A DNA stretch of 63,890 nucleotides, filler included, from Kipferlia bialata (lineage: Eukaryota), in assembly GCA_003568945.1 (NCBI GenBank). It is 5 parts of 5 records of this genome, joined end to end, with 100 filler letters (N's around TTAATTAATTAA, not from the genome) between each part and the next. Parts side by side here need not be neighbours in the genome. Positions count along the whole stretch, not along the records: positions 16,859 to 33,599 come from BDIP01000579.1; positions 33,700 to 50,417 come from BDIP01000580.1; 3 more parts are not named here. The stretch is one strand, 5' to 3'. Shown piece by piece: positions 24,086 to 36,037 of this stretch. Within the stretch, counting starts at the first letter, position 1. Every line of letters starts with the position of its first letter. Both the position numbers and the translations under genes were made by a program. The notes below the pieces were generated by a model. The model did no database searches. It was not told where the DNA came from and worked only from the letters and a program-made list of their open reading frames with translations.

Positions 24086-27000
24086 TAATGTACCTTATCC
24101 GCTGACACCGCCAGCTCCCTGGTGCCACTGGGCCTGACCCTCAGCAGGGCATGCCTCAGCCCAGCCTCCACCCCTACACCTCCCTCTGCACTACTCCTGT
24201 GTCTGGTGAATAGGGCAGCTGCCTGTACAAGGTCTGCCTGGAGGTACCCATTGAGGCCATGGCAGGCACGCACCACATCACCCCTCTCTGTGCTATGGGT
24301 GTCTAGACCGAGTAGGGCAGACAGGATATCGGCACGCTGGGCGGTGTCAGGGGGGGAGAAGAAGACATCTCTGGGGTGAGTCTCAGCTACAGACACTATA
24401 TATATATATATACTATACGCACCTTGGGAACCCCGTCCCTCTGAGCCCTGGGTGCACATCCCCCAGCTGTACAAGGGTGGCAAACAGGGCAACACGGGGG
24501 AAGGAGGGACTAGACACACTAGAGGTGCTAGAGGTGCTAGAGGTGCCAGACCCAGTGGGCGTAGAGGAGTATGTGTCTGTGAGACACTGGAGCAGGGCGG
24601 ACCGGGCTGCGGCCTCGCCCTCCTGGGCCTCTCTCCCTTGCTCCTTTCGTCAATATGTGATAATCTAGTTCATACATATATAACTATAAATCTATCTGTA
24701 GATACTCCCTCCTGGGCCTCTCTACCTTGCTCCTGGGGTGAGTGATATACTATATATTATAGTGCATTACTATCAGTATATGCCTGCATATATATATATA
24801 TATATATATTTACATACATGCATATATACCTGGGGGCACAGTGCATCCACCCTCTCCAGCACCATGGTATATATATATCTATATATACTGATAGATATAC
24901 CTATATATACTGATAGATATATATACATATACATACATACCTGTGGGCACAATGCATCCACCCTCTCCAGCACCATGACACAGGGGGCCATCTTGGCGGC
25001 ATGCTTGAAGGCACTGCGGTGAGGAGGCACACACACTAAGACAACACTAGGATACAGTGAGCATGTACCCACCTGAGTATGCTGCGGCCTGTACACCCAC
25101 CTGAGTACATAATATAATAATATATATTATTATACATACACATATATATATCTATATCTATATATATATATAACCCACCTGAGTATACTGCGGCCTGTCC
25201 CCCCGACCTCACTGGACACCAGGAGTGCACAGTTGAATGTCAGGAGGGGGACACCAGCGGTGGAGGCACAGTGAGATGCAAAGGTGGACTTGCCTAGCGT
25301 AAGAAAGACAATCATACCTGTTCGAAATACATAGTCACACACCCATAATTATTACATATAATACCTGTCCCGGATGGTCCCACCAGCAGGGTGGGTGGGC
25401 AGTACTCCCTGGGTCTGTTGGTATCCAGGTGTGCAGTGACATTGGACAGAAGGGCAGACTGGGCAGGGGAGAGACCTGGGTTCGTAAGAGGTGGGAGACG
25501 CAAAGCATAAGTCTGTATCCTACTCCTATACTCCTCGCTAGATATATATATACATCGAGAAGAGCAGACTGGGCAGGTGACAGACCTGGGGGTGGGAGAC
25601 GCGGATAGGTAAAACATCAAGCTCTACTACATTCTTATACGCCTATCCTCCTCTCTAGATAGATAGATATATATATATATATATATCTATCTATATATAG
25701 ATACACCCACCTCCCACAGGCACCGGTGCTGGAGGACTGGGCTTGGGGACAGAGGGGAGGTCGATGGACACACGGGTGTTTCTGGGTGAGGACTTCATTA
25801 GTGTATCCAAAGTAATGATTCGTTCAGTAAAGCTATAGCACTAATACTATATCTAAACATACCTGGTGACAATGCACAGAGGTGGTGCCACATTCCCACT
25901 CTTCATCACAACCCAGTTAGCAGAGTCAGCCTTGGGGTCACTCCGAGTGTGTGTAGACAGGGTGGGAAGTGCACAGTTGGGTGCATTGACATCCTCTGAG
26001 AGCACAGTGCCGTTGAGGAGGGTCAGAGACACAACTCTGGCAGTGCGGACACCCTGCAGTGAGAAGAGAGCGTGGATAGAAATATAGTACAATCAGAGAG
26101 CCTCACCATGATGGGTATGTCCACCCTTGCGCCGACATGCACTGCGGTGCCTTCTAGGGATAGGGACAGGGCCTCTGGATACCCCCCAGGCAGAGACACA
26201 GGGGGTGGGACCCAGGAGTACGAGGCCTTAGTAGACGACTAAGGGTGAGGAGGTAGAATGGGATAAGCAATATGCCACGATAGTCTCACCTCTATGCACA
26301 CCCTCATAGATGCCACTGGGTGAGACACAATGGGACGGGGGACATCCGCAGGGGGGGCAGGGGAAGAGGGGGAGAGAGCGGACTGGGCAAGGGGTGACCT
26401 CACAGCACTGGGGCTACACACACCATGGGGTACAGAAGGGGTGGAGACAGAGGGGGGAGGGACGGGAGAGGCGAAAGGGTTCTCGATAGTGACTCTAGAA
26501 CCACCAGAGGCGACACTGCTCACTACGCCTGACATGGTGAGCGTATGGCTCTCCCTATCTCTCTCTATCTCCCTCTATATATATACATATGGGTATATGT
26601 ATGTGTACCTGGGAGTGCGGCAGGTGTGTCCAGGACTGAGAATGGTGTAGAGTGTCTGTAGACGATGGGGGAGGACACGGCCAAGGGGTACACCCTGCTC
26701 CAGCAGAGGAAGGGGGAGGGAGAGGGGGTGGAGATATGGGGACTAGGCTGGGGTGATTGGGATAGAGGAGGAGAGAGAAGGGGAGTGCATACCGGTGGGG
26801 AGTTGGGTCTGGATGCCCCCTTCAGAGGCTTGGGTGCCATGAAGACAGGGAGGTACCGACCAGCCTGTTATGTGAGTGATATAGTGATAGGACAGAGAGA
26901 GTGAGAAGAGGAGAAGGAGTAGTACCAATACATCAGCTATCTGAAGCGCTGTCTTCTTGAACAGAGAGTGATACAGTGATATAGTTAAGAGAGAGTAGGA

Positions 27001-27568
27001 GAATAGAGTACGTAAAGAGAGAGTAGGAGTGTCTATCTATACATCAAGTACCTGTAGCGCTGTCTTCTTGAACAGAGAGTGGTGCATCCCTATGCAGCCT
27101 GGCTTGGCGCCTGGGGTATCAGTATCAGTGTCAGGAAGAATCAATGAGTGTATATGTATATGAAGGGTACAATCATATGGATACGGTATGTGACGGTCGG
27201 TTTGTCAATACATATGAATGTCATTATACATATATATACCTGATCCATCTGTGTCTGGCTTCACTGTCACTGTATTGGGTGGGACCACAACTACAGGCAC
27301 TGCAGGAGACTGTGGGGGGAGGGGGGAACGGGGGTCGTTGCGTCCCTTAGACGGTGTGTTCTGGTATCATGAGAGAATGGTAGAGTATAAATGGGGACGG
27401 AACGGAGGGGGGGGGGGGGGGGGGGGGGGGTCTTCTTTTCGGCCCNNNNNNNNNNNNNNNNNNNNAGAGAGGGGGGGTGGGGGGGGGGGGGGGGGGGGGG
27501 GGGGGGAAGGATACTATACTAACCTGACTTTGGCTGCAGCCACTGGTACTCATAGCCCCCTGTTGCAT
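22296..27568 (-). CDS. CDC48-superfamily double AAA+ ATPase, most like AFG2/SPATA5
   Basis: D2: GILLYGPPGCG(K)TMLAKALA, SMYVGESERRVREIFARAR, PCIVFLDEVEAL, ATNRPDLIDKGILRPGR, EGYSGAEL. D1: LLVGPSGTGKST and a degenerate Walker B VMVLERVD. Linker ALLRVRPS...EWDDIAG. Stop 22296-22298; start tentative. Confidence 0.85.
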
Positions 27569-28959
27569 GGGTAGGGCAGATGTAGGTGTCAGGTTCCAGT
27601 CCAAAGCTGAGTGTCAGAGATATATCACGCGACTAGTCAGGGAGGCAGTGCCTCCCGGAGGCACTCGAGAGAGAGACCCACATACATCTGTGCACACACA
27701 GAACCTGGAAATACAAATCCTGGTAACATAATATCATGCTGTCAGAAAACCATGATGTCGCGTTGTAGTGTCGAAATGGATTTAGAGTGTACTAATGTAG
27801 GGCCAAACCAGCTACCTTACATCAGCGTTGGGGCACGAGAAGGTCGATGCACTAGCAGCGAACAAGCCTAATAGCACCAGGTATATGCATACCCAGTGAC
27901 GCATCTGAGACAGAGAGGCTACTGTGCACAAGAGACTCGAGTCAGTTGAGCATATGCGTAATTTTTGGGTTGCCCCCCTTTTAGTTTTCTTTACTACTCA
28001 GAACAAGACAGTCGCTCGTTCCACCGTCTATGGTACTTAACCAGGGAGGGCGGCTAGTCACAGCCGTTTATATCATTCATATATCAAGTTGCTTTGCGTA
28101 GGAATCCGTATTTGGACCCTTCTTTCCAGCAGAGACTGTCGCGCAGTGAGAAGCAAAGGTTTGACCCGTGAAGTCATATCCTCGGAGGCAGCGCAACTAG
28201 GCAGGATATGTGGAGTGCGTGGTTTCTAGCCACTGAGCAATGAAAGGTCTAGCTCCACGCTACAATATGTGAGAGTCCGATTTCGGCTAGTAGAGATAGC
28301 CTAGCACTGTCACTGTCAAGGAGCTTTCCGATTGAGGAGATGAGGTCTCTTCATCATGAAGTGGAGTAACACATACATCGTCCATGATAAGGAAGCCGAG
28401 CCAATAGGCCATTTTGCCTACAAGCAACACCCCATTCACACCTCAATATATGAATACATCTCAAGTATTATTCTTGGCTTGATAGCCGCCCATGACATCG
28501 ATTCTCAGTCTCGTGTACGGTCGCCGGTGAGTGACTGGCGACCTGCTGTCCCATCATGTAAGAACATGATTCATGCTCTATGCAAGAGACTCTACGACGC
28601 CAACAGCTCTTCGATAAGATTGTAATATACAACAAAAATGCATATATATACCATTTGAACACATGGACTGCCAGTTCCCTGAGCTATCGGTGGTATATCG
28701 AGTATAAGTCAGTCTACTATTACAGGCAACGTCTACTAACACCTTGTGACTGAACGAAAAACAGAAATGCAAAATGAAGAGGTCTCTTATAGAGACCCTG
28801 TCCTACTGACGTAACGTGAACAGTATTTCGGCTCTATTCCTATCAGAGATATACTGCAATGAGTATGATCAGATAGACTACTCTATTAGTTCCCATTGGT
28901 CAGCCAATACCATGCAAATTCAAGTGCTCCACAGAATGTAACACTATGTCAGTGGGGTC

Positions 28960-29856
28960 TCACTCCTTCTGCCCCAAGATGGCGTTAGGTGGAATGATGC
29001 CCCATCTCATGTCTGGGTGTGGGTACACCAGGCCAGGGTCTAGATAGTGCAGCTGATAGTGCTCACCTGGCCTGCCCGACCAGACTGCTAAGGAGGGGAA
29101 GAAGACACCGTCCTCACACTCGAAAGTTGTACTGTCATACTGTGTGATCTCGCCAGATATGGTGTCTAATCCGTACCAGTCCCATTTGCCAGAGAAAGTA
29201 GTCGATAGAGTGACTATCAGGAGGAAGTGGCCAACGGCCATAGTCTGGCATCTGTATACATGCCTTGGTAGTCTAGCCTCCTCAACCCACCCAGTTCTCT
29301 CGGAAAACGAGACTATCCTACTGTCTCGAGTGAAAACATATGCACGGGAACCCAGACAACATGAAGGCGTACTAATATCGCTATCCACTGGGATCCTAAG
29401 TAACTTCCACTCCTCGTACCGTCTGTCCGGATCAAAGGTCCACATCTGCACACTATTCCCTGATGCACCTCTGAACCAAACTCGCATGAAACAGCGGTCC
29501 TCAAGTGCAAACACGTCCCGACGTATCAACTGATCCAAATCAAAGGGATGTAGCGTGTGTACTCGAGAGACTTCCATAGAGTCCAGCTCTAGCTTCAGAA
29601 GGACACGGTTACAATCGCACGCGTACAACACGCCCCCTACTGTAAATGTAGAACGTGGTGCCTTGCAGAATAGGGCTGTGTGGTGCTCTATGACGTCAGA
29701 TGCCCTCAGAGTCAGGGTGTGCATGTCTCCCGATACCACATCTAGGTAGGCCAGCGAGTTGGCACCAACCGTTGTGCCTTCGACTCGAGTAATTTCACAC
29801 TCTGGTACAACTTGAGAGGTTGTGACATGTGCGCAGAACAGAGGGTTGTGTGGCAT
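28960..29856 (-). CDS. Divergent kelch-like beta-propeller protein (long uninterrupted exon; upstream exons possible)
   Basis: 298-aa open frame with blade-like motifs (TFTVGGVLY, MWTFDPDR..EEW, CLGSRAYVF, AVGHFLLIV, LDTISGE) and a C-terminal LVYPHPDMRWG. Confidence 0.65.
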   Translation of the reverse strand: MPHNPLFCAHVTTSQVVPECEITRVEGTTVGANSLAYLDVVSGDMHTLTLRASDVIEHHTALFCKAPRSTFTVGGVLYACDCNRVLLKLELDSMEVSRVHTLHPFDLDQLIRRDVFALEDRCFMRVWFRGASGNSVQMWTFDPDRRYEEWKLLRIPVDSDISTPSCCLGSRAYVFTRDSRIVSFSERTGWVEEARLPRHVYRCQTMAVGHFLLIVTLSTTFSGKWDWYGLDTISGEITQYDSTTFECEDGVFFPSLAVWSGRPGEHYQLHYLDPGLVYPHPDMRWGIIPPNAILGQKE

Positions 29857-30471
29857 GTAACGTCCAATATAGCGACTTAACTTGTTTCTGAGAAGGAACA
29901 GTGGTGTGTCTTGTATCTACTGCCACACACAATACGATATCACTCACGTGACGCCATCTTTCACCGAGTACGGTGACCCTCAGTCGTTTCAAAGCTTGGA
30001 TCCACTGCTGTAAAGTACAATTGGGATAGGTTGGCATGGCTCTAGAGTGCTACACTGTAGATTCATCTGAATGTGACATAGGACTGAGTATACTGTTTTT
30101 ATATTTGTTATGTCTCGCTGACTGTCAAACAACTCTGGCAACTGATAGTGTACAACAACAGACAGGCCAGCAAGAGAATTCCCAACTCCTCGACTAACGC
30201 GGAACGACATACAGCAACACTGTCGCCCCACCAACACAAAAGACACCACAACATAGCAACCGCCCTCTTCCCGACCCAAGTCCATAAGGGGAGGGGCTAA
30301 TAAGTAGATACCGCCCTCTGACGGTAACGGGTCCGCCAACTATCGTTGAAGGACACCCCAAAAGCACACAAAGCTTGGTAATAATGATACAAAATCGTCA
30401 CAACGCAGTGCAGAAACGAGGGGTAGATACACCCCATCGCTATGCGCCACGGGACTCTGTGTGAATATAGT

Positions 30472-33400
30472 CTACAGCCACCTGTCCTGCTGTGACAGGA
30501 CAGAGCAGCACCGGGGAGGGGGGGTGCCGCCTGGGGTGAGGGGATTGAGTATGAGAGAGAGTACATATATACTAGTATGTGTGTGAATACCTAGGCCTGT
30601 CCCCCCCACGAGGTCCTCTGTGAACTGGGACTCATCGAACACAGTGTCGCCATGACCAGAGTACACCTGGAAGGTCTGGGGTCAGAGGGGGTACTAATAT
30701 ACACATATTCATATGCAGTGTAAGACCCAGGTGTATTCACACACATAAACATAAGCATACATTGTACAGTAGCGTGTGTACCTCCTCGGGTGCCTTGGCC
30801 CCTGTGTCCCCCAGGAAGTCAGAGGGGTGGGGGTGGTCGGCTGAGGGTCAGAACAGAGAGTAGAGAACTTGTTTGGACATATCAAGTGTGGCACATAACT
30901 CTAAAAATGTAAATATGTATAGTGACTATCGTGTACCTGTCTCGAGGTCCTGTAGGGCAGCTAGGCCATCCTCCACTGGATGTAAGAAAGGTGATAGTGA
31001 GGGGGGACAGTGATATAAGACACAGAGTGAGAGTCACTCAGAGAGAGACATGGCTTCACTCACCCACGTCACCGTCAGGGAAGATGTCGGCGGCTCTCTG
31101 GCCAAGGGCAAGTCTAGGAGTAAGCAATAGGGTAGGGGGGGGGGGAGGGGGATAGAAACAGAGCATCCCAGTAGAGTGGTGACATAGTACATAATGACGC
31201 GTCTGTCGTTGCCCACCTTGAGTCTGGTCTGTCGACGAGTATACTGGACACTGCCCTGACATCGAGGCCGTCCAGCCCCACCCCTCTCCCCCTCCCTGCC
31301 CCCTTTCTCTCTCTCTGCCCCATGGTCAGCATAGATACCCCGGCTATGGACAGACCGCAGATGGAGGCACGGCGGGCCCTGTCTCGGTTGGGGCCAGTGC
31401 CGATGGTGTTCTGGGGTCAGGCATAGGTAGATGGATATACAAATACAGGTGTACATATAGAGGTGAGACACATACAAGTGAATGCTGTGCTACACACATA
31501 AAACAGGTGTAGTTCTAATAGTCACTCAGATATACCACGCACCCTTCTGTTTAGTGCCGGTGTGGGGTGTGCCGTGACTGTCCTGGACACGGCAGGGCAC
31601 TTGCCAACCTGCGTCACACTGCCTAGGGGGTCAGACGGAGAGGGAGAGAGAGAGGTGTGTGAGAGAGAGAGAGTAGTAGGATTCACACTCCCAGAAGAAT
31701 GAGGAGACGGAGAGGACTGTTCAGTTACGAGTATGCTTGTATGTACATTTGTCTATGTGTCTTCCCTACCTGGGACAATGCCGTACATGGCCTTGGACTG
31801 GTTGGACATGGATGAGGATGGTCTGCGGGAGGGATCAGCATCAACGGCAGAGTGGTCTATCAGACGGCGGCTGGGGTGAGGGGGATGGCAGCATGAGAGA
31901 GAGAGAGAGGCAGGCCACGTACCGGCGAGTGTTGAGTGAGCGTGTGAGCCTGACACCCGTGTCGTGTCTATCTCCATGTCTGTGTCCATGTCTGGACCCT
32001 ACCCTGCTGGAGGGCCGGTCGTGGCTGCTCTCCTGGGGGTAAGGGATAGTCGTATGTATATAAATCAATATATACTGACACTGATACTATATGAAGTTGA
32101 TCGTGGCTGCTGTCCTAGGTATTAAGTACACATACGTGTATATATATACACTATATATATAGTGTACCTTAGTGATGTTGGCGCAGCACCGCAGCTCCCT
32201 CTCCACCTCCAGGTCCAGCTCTCGGTCCTTGTCCTGCTTGTCTCTCTCTCTCTCTCTCTCCCTGTCTCTCTCCCTCTCCTCCTCATCTACCACAATGCTG
32301 TCTCCAAACCCTGACCCGATACTGCCAACCAGGCTGTCGCCGTCTCTCTCTCTCTCTCTCTCTGTCTCCATGACACTATCATCTGCATCGCCTAGGACTG
32401 ACCCTAGCAGCACAGACTGGAACCCACTCGAGTTCAGGGGGGCAACACCGCTAAAGGAGAACTGACTGGGGGTAGAGAGGGGAGAAGAGTATAATACGCA
32501 GTGTAGGGAATAAGGATGCCTACCTGCAGTTGATGCTCTCTGTGATGCTCCCGTCCATGTCGCTCTCCCTGCCTCTCTCTCTCTCTCTCTGCTTGCCTCT
32601 TTCAAGGGAGGTCAGACGCTGGAGTGAGGGTGTGTGGGAAGTATATGAGAACACATACTATACACACACATACATCTACTAGCATACCTGGCATATAGTG
32701 GACGCCGGCCTGACCACGTGTGTCCTCTCCCTGTTGAATGACCCACTGTCAGCCATGCCGACTGCAGTGGAGGGAGAGTAGAAGGGTGAGGGAGGGGGCA
32801 GGGGGGACCCAGTACCGGGGGGGAGGGGGGACGCAGGGGCGGCATCTGGGGGTGAGGTTGTGACACGTACTCATACCATATACATACATATATATATATA
32901 CATATGTCACCATGCCCCTCACCCTCCAGCCCGTCCAGGCTCTGATGGCTGTGTGTGTTGGACCTGACTAGGAAGGGACTGGCCACAACAGTGCCCTCGC
33001 CCAGGCTCAGCTAGGATGAGAAACATGCACTATACACTACTCTGAAGAGTATAGCCACTTACTTGTAGTACACTAAAAGAGTGTAACACACAGTACCTGG
33101 CTTGTCCTCCCCCCCTCAATACCAGAGGCATAGAGACCAGACTGGGCCTGGGGGTCTGCCTCATTGTCCCCCTCCCCTGCCCTCTCTCTCTTCCTGCCCA
33201 GTGCCATGGCCATCGAGATGTCACCCACACTCTGGGGGTCAGAGAGGGAGGGGAATACATACACACCCACCCATATATATACTCATTGACAGACACACAG
33301 AGAGAGAGAGTGTGTGAGAGTGTGAGGGTGTGGTACCTGTGAGCGTGGCAGTGACTGAGACATAGACCTCTGTGTGTCTGTCCCTCTGTGGTATGAGGAG

Positions 33401-33547
33401 GTGGAGCCCATGGCAGAGGCAGCGGCCTTGCCTGACAGTTAGTCTCTTTCTCTCTCTCTCTCTCTATCTATGTATACATATATACACACACACACACATA
33501 TATATATATACCCCACCTGATATGGCTGTGTTCCACATCCTACTCTG

Positions 33548-33550
<3 letters not shown>
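30472..33550 (-). CDS. Hypothetical multi-exon protein with low-complexity S/E/R-rich regions (5' truncated)
   Basis: Regular GC-rich exons bounded by minus-strand ...ccccag acceptors and gt donors. Contains ERERER tracts. Terminal exons read YSGHGDTVFDESQFTEDLVGGTGLG|GTPPPRCC...RWL*. No family recognised. Confidence 0.55.
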
Positions 33551-33599
<49 letters not shown>

Positions 33600-33699
33600 N
33601 NNNNNNNNNNNNNNNNNNNNNNNNNNNNNNNNNNNNNNNNNNNTTAATTAATTAANNNNNNNNNNNNNNNNNNNNNNNNNNNNNNNNNNNNNNNNNNNN
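33600..33699. other. Artificial contig-joining spacer
   Basis: 44 N + TTAATTAATTAA (33644-33655) + 44 N. Confidence 0.97.
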
Positions 33700-33737
33700 C
33701 CCCTCCCAGGATATGGGGTACAGAGTGGGGGAGTTCA

Positions 33738-34989
33738 TGACGAGACGGGACTACGAAGATCAGACTCTAGTGTGTAATTCACACTATAACCAGCGGACAG
33801 ACGCCGAATGTAAATGCCTTGTAAGTGTACCTTTGGATCTCCAATATGCATCTTAGGTATACACTGTCATTTCTATATATAGCTCTGGACCTTCTCATAT
33901 TCAGGAACCTCTACATTTCAGGTCTCGGGGAGTAGTTTTCTTCAGTGGAGAAGGCAACACTCGTAATCACATACCTGTGGCCCAGCTATCCACTAGAGAG
34001 ATCCTAATGAGTGTTAGGTGACTATTGTTGTATATAGGTCTCCTATTATTTCCACCCTTTGCTCGTACTATTGTAACGTTAGGCCTCTGGCATACGACAT
34101 TCCGTTTGCATTCTGGGTGGCTGAGATAGACACAGGAGATACACTCGTGGAGAGGACTGGGAGTAGAGTGGCCACTGTTAGACGGCTTGATACACCACCA
34201 GAACTAAGAGGACGCAAGTTCAAGTCACACATCATCACGACTGTTGGAACCAAGGTGTATGTAATGTTCGGGGGAGATAGGAGGCCTTCCCCCATCCCTG
34301 TATTCTACTCCATGGAGATGGATACACTCCAATGGGAGCGTCTACCACTATCTGGTGGGACTCCTATATGTCCAGAGCTTGCTACATGCTTTGTAATCGA
34401 CGAGTGCATATACTATGTGGAAGTTGACGGGAAGGGTTACGGGACCTTGACGTGCCGGGTATTTGACACAGAGTACTGTGTGTGGGGTGTAATCAAGACG
34501 CCCAAGTATAGAGGTCAGTACACATACGGAGCATGGGGATTCGCAGAGGCATGTGAGGTGAGAGGGCAGGTCTATGTGCCCATATCAGTGGAAACACATG
34601 TGAAGGGGCGATTCGGGAGAGAGAGTTACATGTTGGTGTATACAAGAAACATGGGGTTACGCGTACATAGTAGTTATCCCTCGGGGTCCGTAAGTCGCAC
34701 GTGTGGGGTTTCCCGTTTGGTGTTTGGTGATTTCATTGTGTCGCCGGCATACTTTGGAAGTGCCGGAGCCTTTGATGTTATAAGTGGTGACTTGGTTCCC
34801 TGGAACAGGACATACCATGATGCAAAGTACCCAGTACCCCTACCCCTCTCTCTTGGCCAGGCATATGTCGCCAGAGTCACACAAGACTCACTAGATACAA
34901 GCCACTCAGAGCACTACGGCCTAGGGGTGATAGAGGCAGACCAGAGGTGGATCTATCCAGATGAGTCGAGGAAATGGGCTCTGCAGTAG
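33738..34989 (+). CDS. Divergent kelch-like beta-propeller protein; long terminal exon ~34083-34989 preceded by about 2 short exons
   Basis: Blade motifs TTVGTKVYVMFGG, SMEMDTLQWERLP, FVIDECIYY, VFDTEYCVW, FDVISGD and a C-terminal WIYPDESRKWA. The supplied ORF start at 34018 is a GTG inside a probable intron. Confidence 0.65.
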
Positions 34990-35222
34990 ATCCTTGGTAT
35001 ATGTGTGTGAATTACCTAGGTCTTGCCACGTGACGGTTCAGACGCAGGATAATCCGGACACATACCTTTACCTTCCTTCCGTTCAATCAAACCAACCAAT
35101 GATTCCCACCACATACATTTTGGGAACTAGTAGAATCTACACAGTGTAGATTCAAGAACCGCCTGATTCACCACATTTTATTTGCAGGACACTTCTTTCA
35201 ACAATATTCTGAGTCTAGTAAG

Positions 35223-35325
35223 GAAGACTCTGATTACTCTAAGACTATTCTAAGCGTAAAGAAGACTCTGATTACTCTAAGACTATTCTAAGAGGATCGA
35301 TACCTAGGTATCGATCCTCTTAGAA
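35223..35325. repeat. 32-nt direct repeat (35223-35254, 35261-35292) overlapping a perfect 40-nt palindrome (35286-35325)
   Basis: gaagactctgattactctaagactattctaag occurs twice; ttctaagaggatcgatacct|aggtatcgatcctcttagaa is a perfect inverted repeat with no loop. Confidence 0.95.
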
Positions 35326-36037
35326 CATACTTAATTTCCTTAACGTGTTTCTAGCATCCACAACACGGAATTCTTAGCTAGTTACCACAATATGAGAGTT
35401 TGAGGGGGGGGGGGGGGGAGGCAATACACCGCCTGTAACAGTGTTAGTGTCAGTATCAACATATATTGATGGGTATGGTGGTGAAGTCTTACAGGGTCAG
35501 AATACCGTTTGTCGAACCATCAGTGTGAGATACACATTCACAGCAGATACCTGTGTTATAGGCCTCCTCTGGATATGTGATGTTGCTAGACCACACGCTG
35601 CCACACAGGCATACCTGGAGGAAGGGGGAGAGAGAGGAGGATTGATCCAATGCGTACCATTGTTTCAATGTGACTGGGAAGAGAGAGGGGGGGGGTGCCA
35701 GCCATAGGGAGTAAAGGGAACCTACAAACAACGTACCGAGACTACGCGCATATGCATATGTACTACGCACAGACAAATGAGAATGACTCAATATTGATGT
35801 CCCATTGCCACAGGATACGTGGCATCTCTCAATACTATCCTCAAATACTGACCCTTTTTGCATTGTCACATCCTCACTGAGGCTCAGTGAGGAACAGACT
35901 ATGAGATTTACTAGGCCTAGTAGGGGTGTCCCTTGGGGTCATGGTGGAGAGGTAGTCAGAAATAGAACCACTCTGATACGATGCATTCTGTGACTCCTAT
36001 TCCAATAATAGCTTGTTCAATATGATTACGTGTCTAT

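Noticed and set aside
27600..28950. Possible transposon remnant or ncRNA in the intergenic stretch
   Set aside because: Only short ORFs with no recognisable motif; no terminal repeats or RNA gene structure seen.
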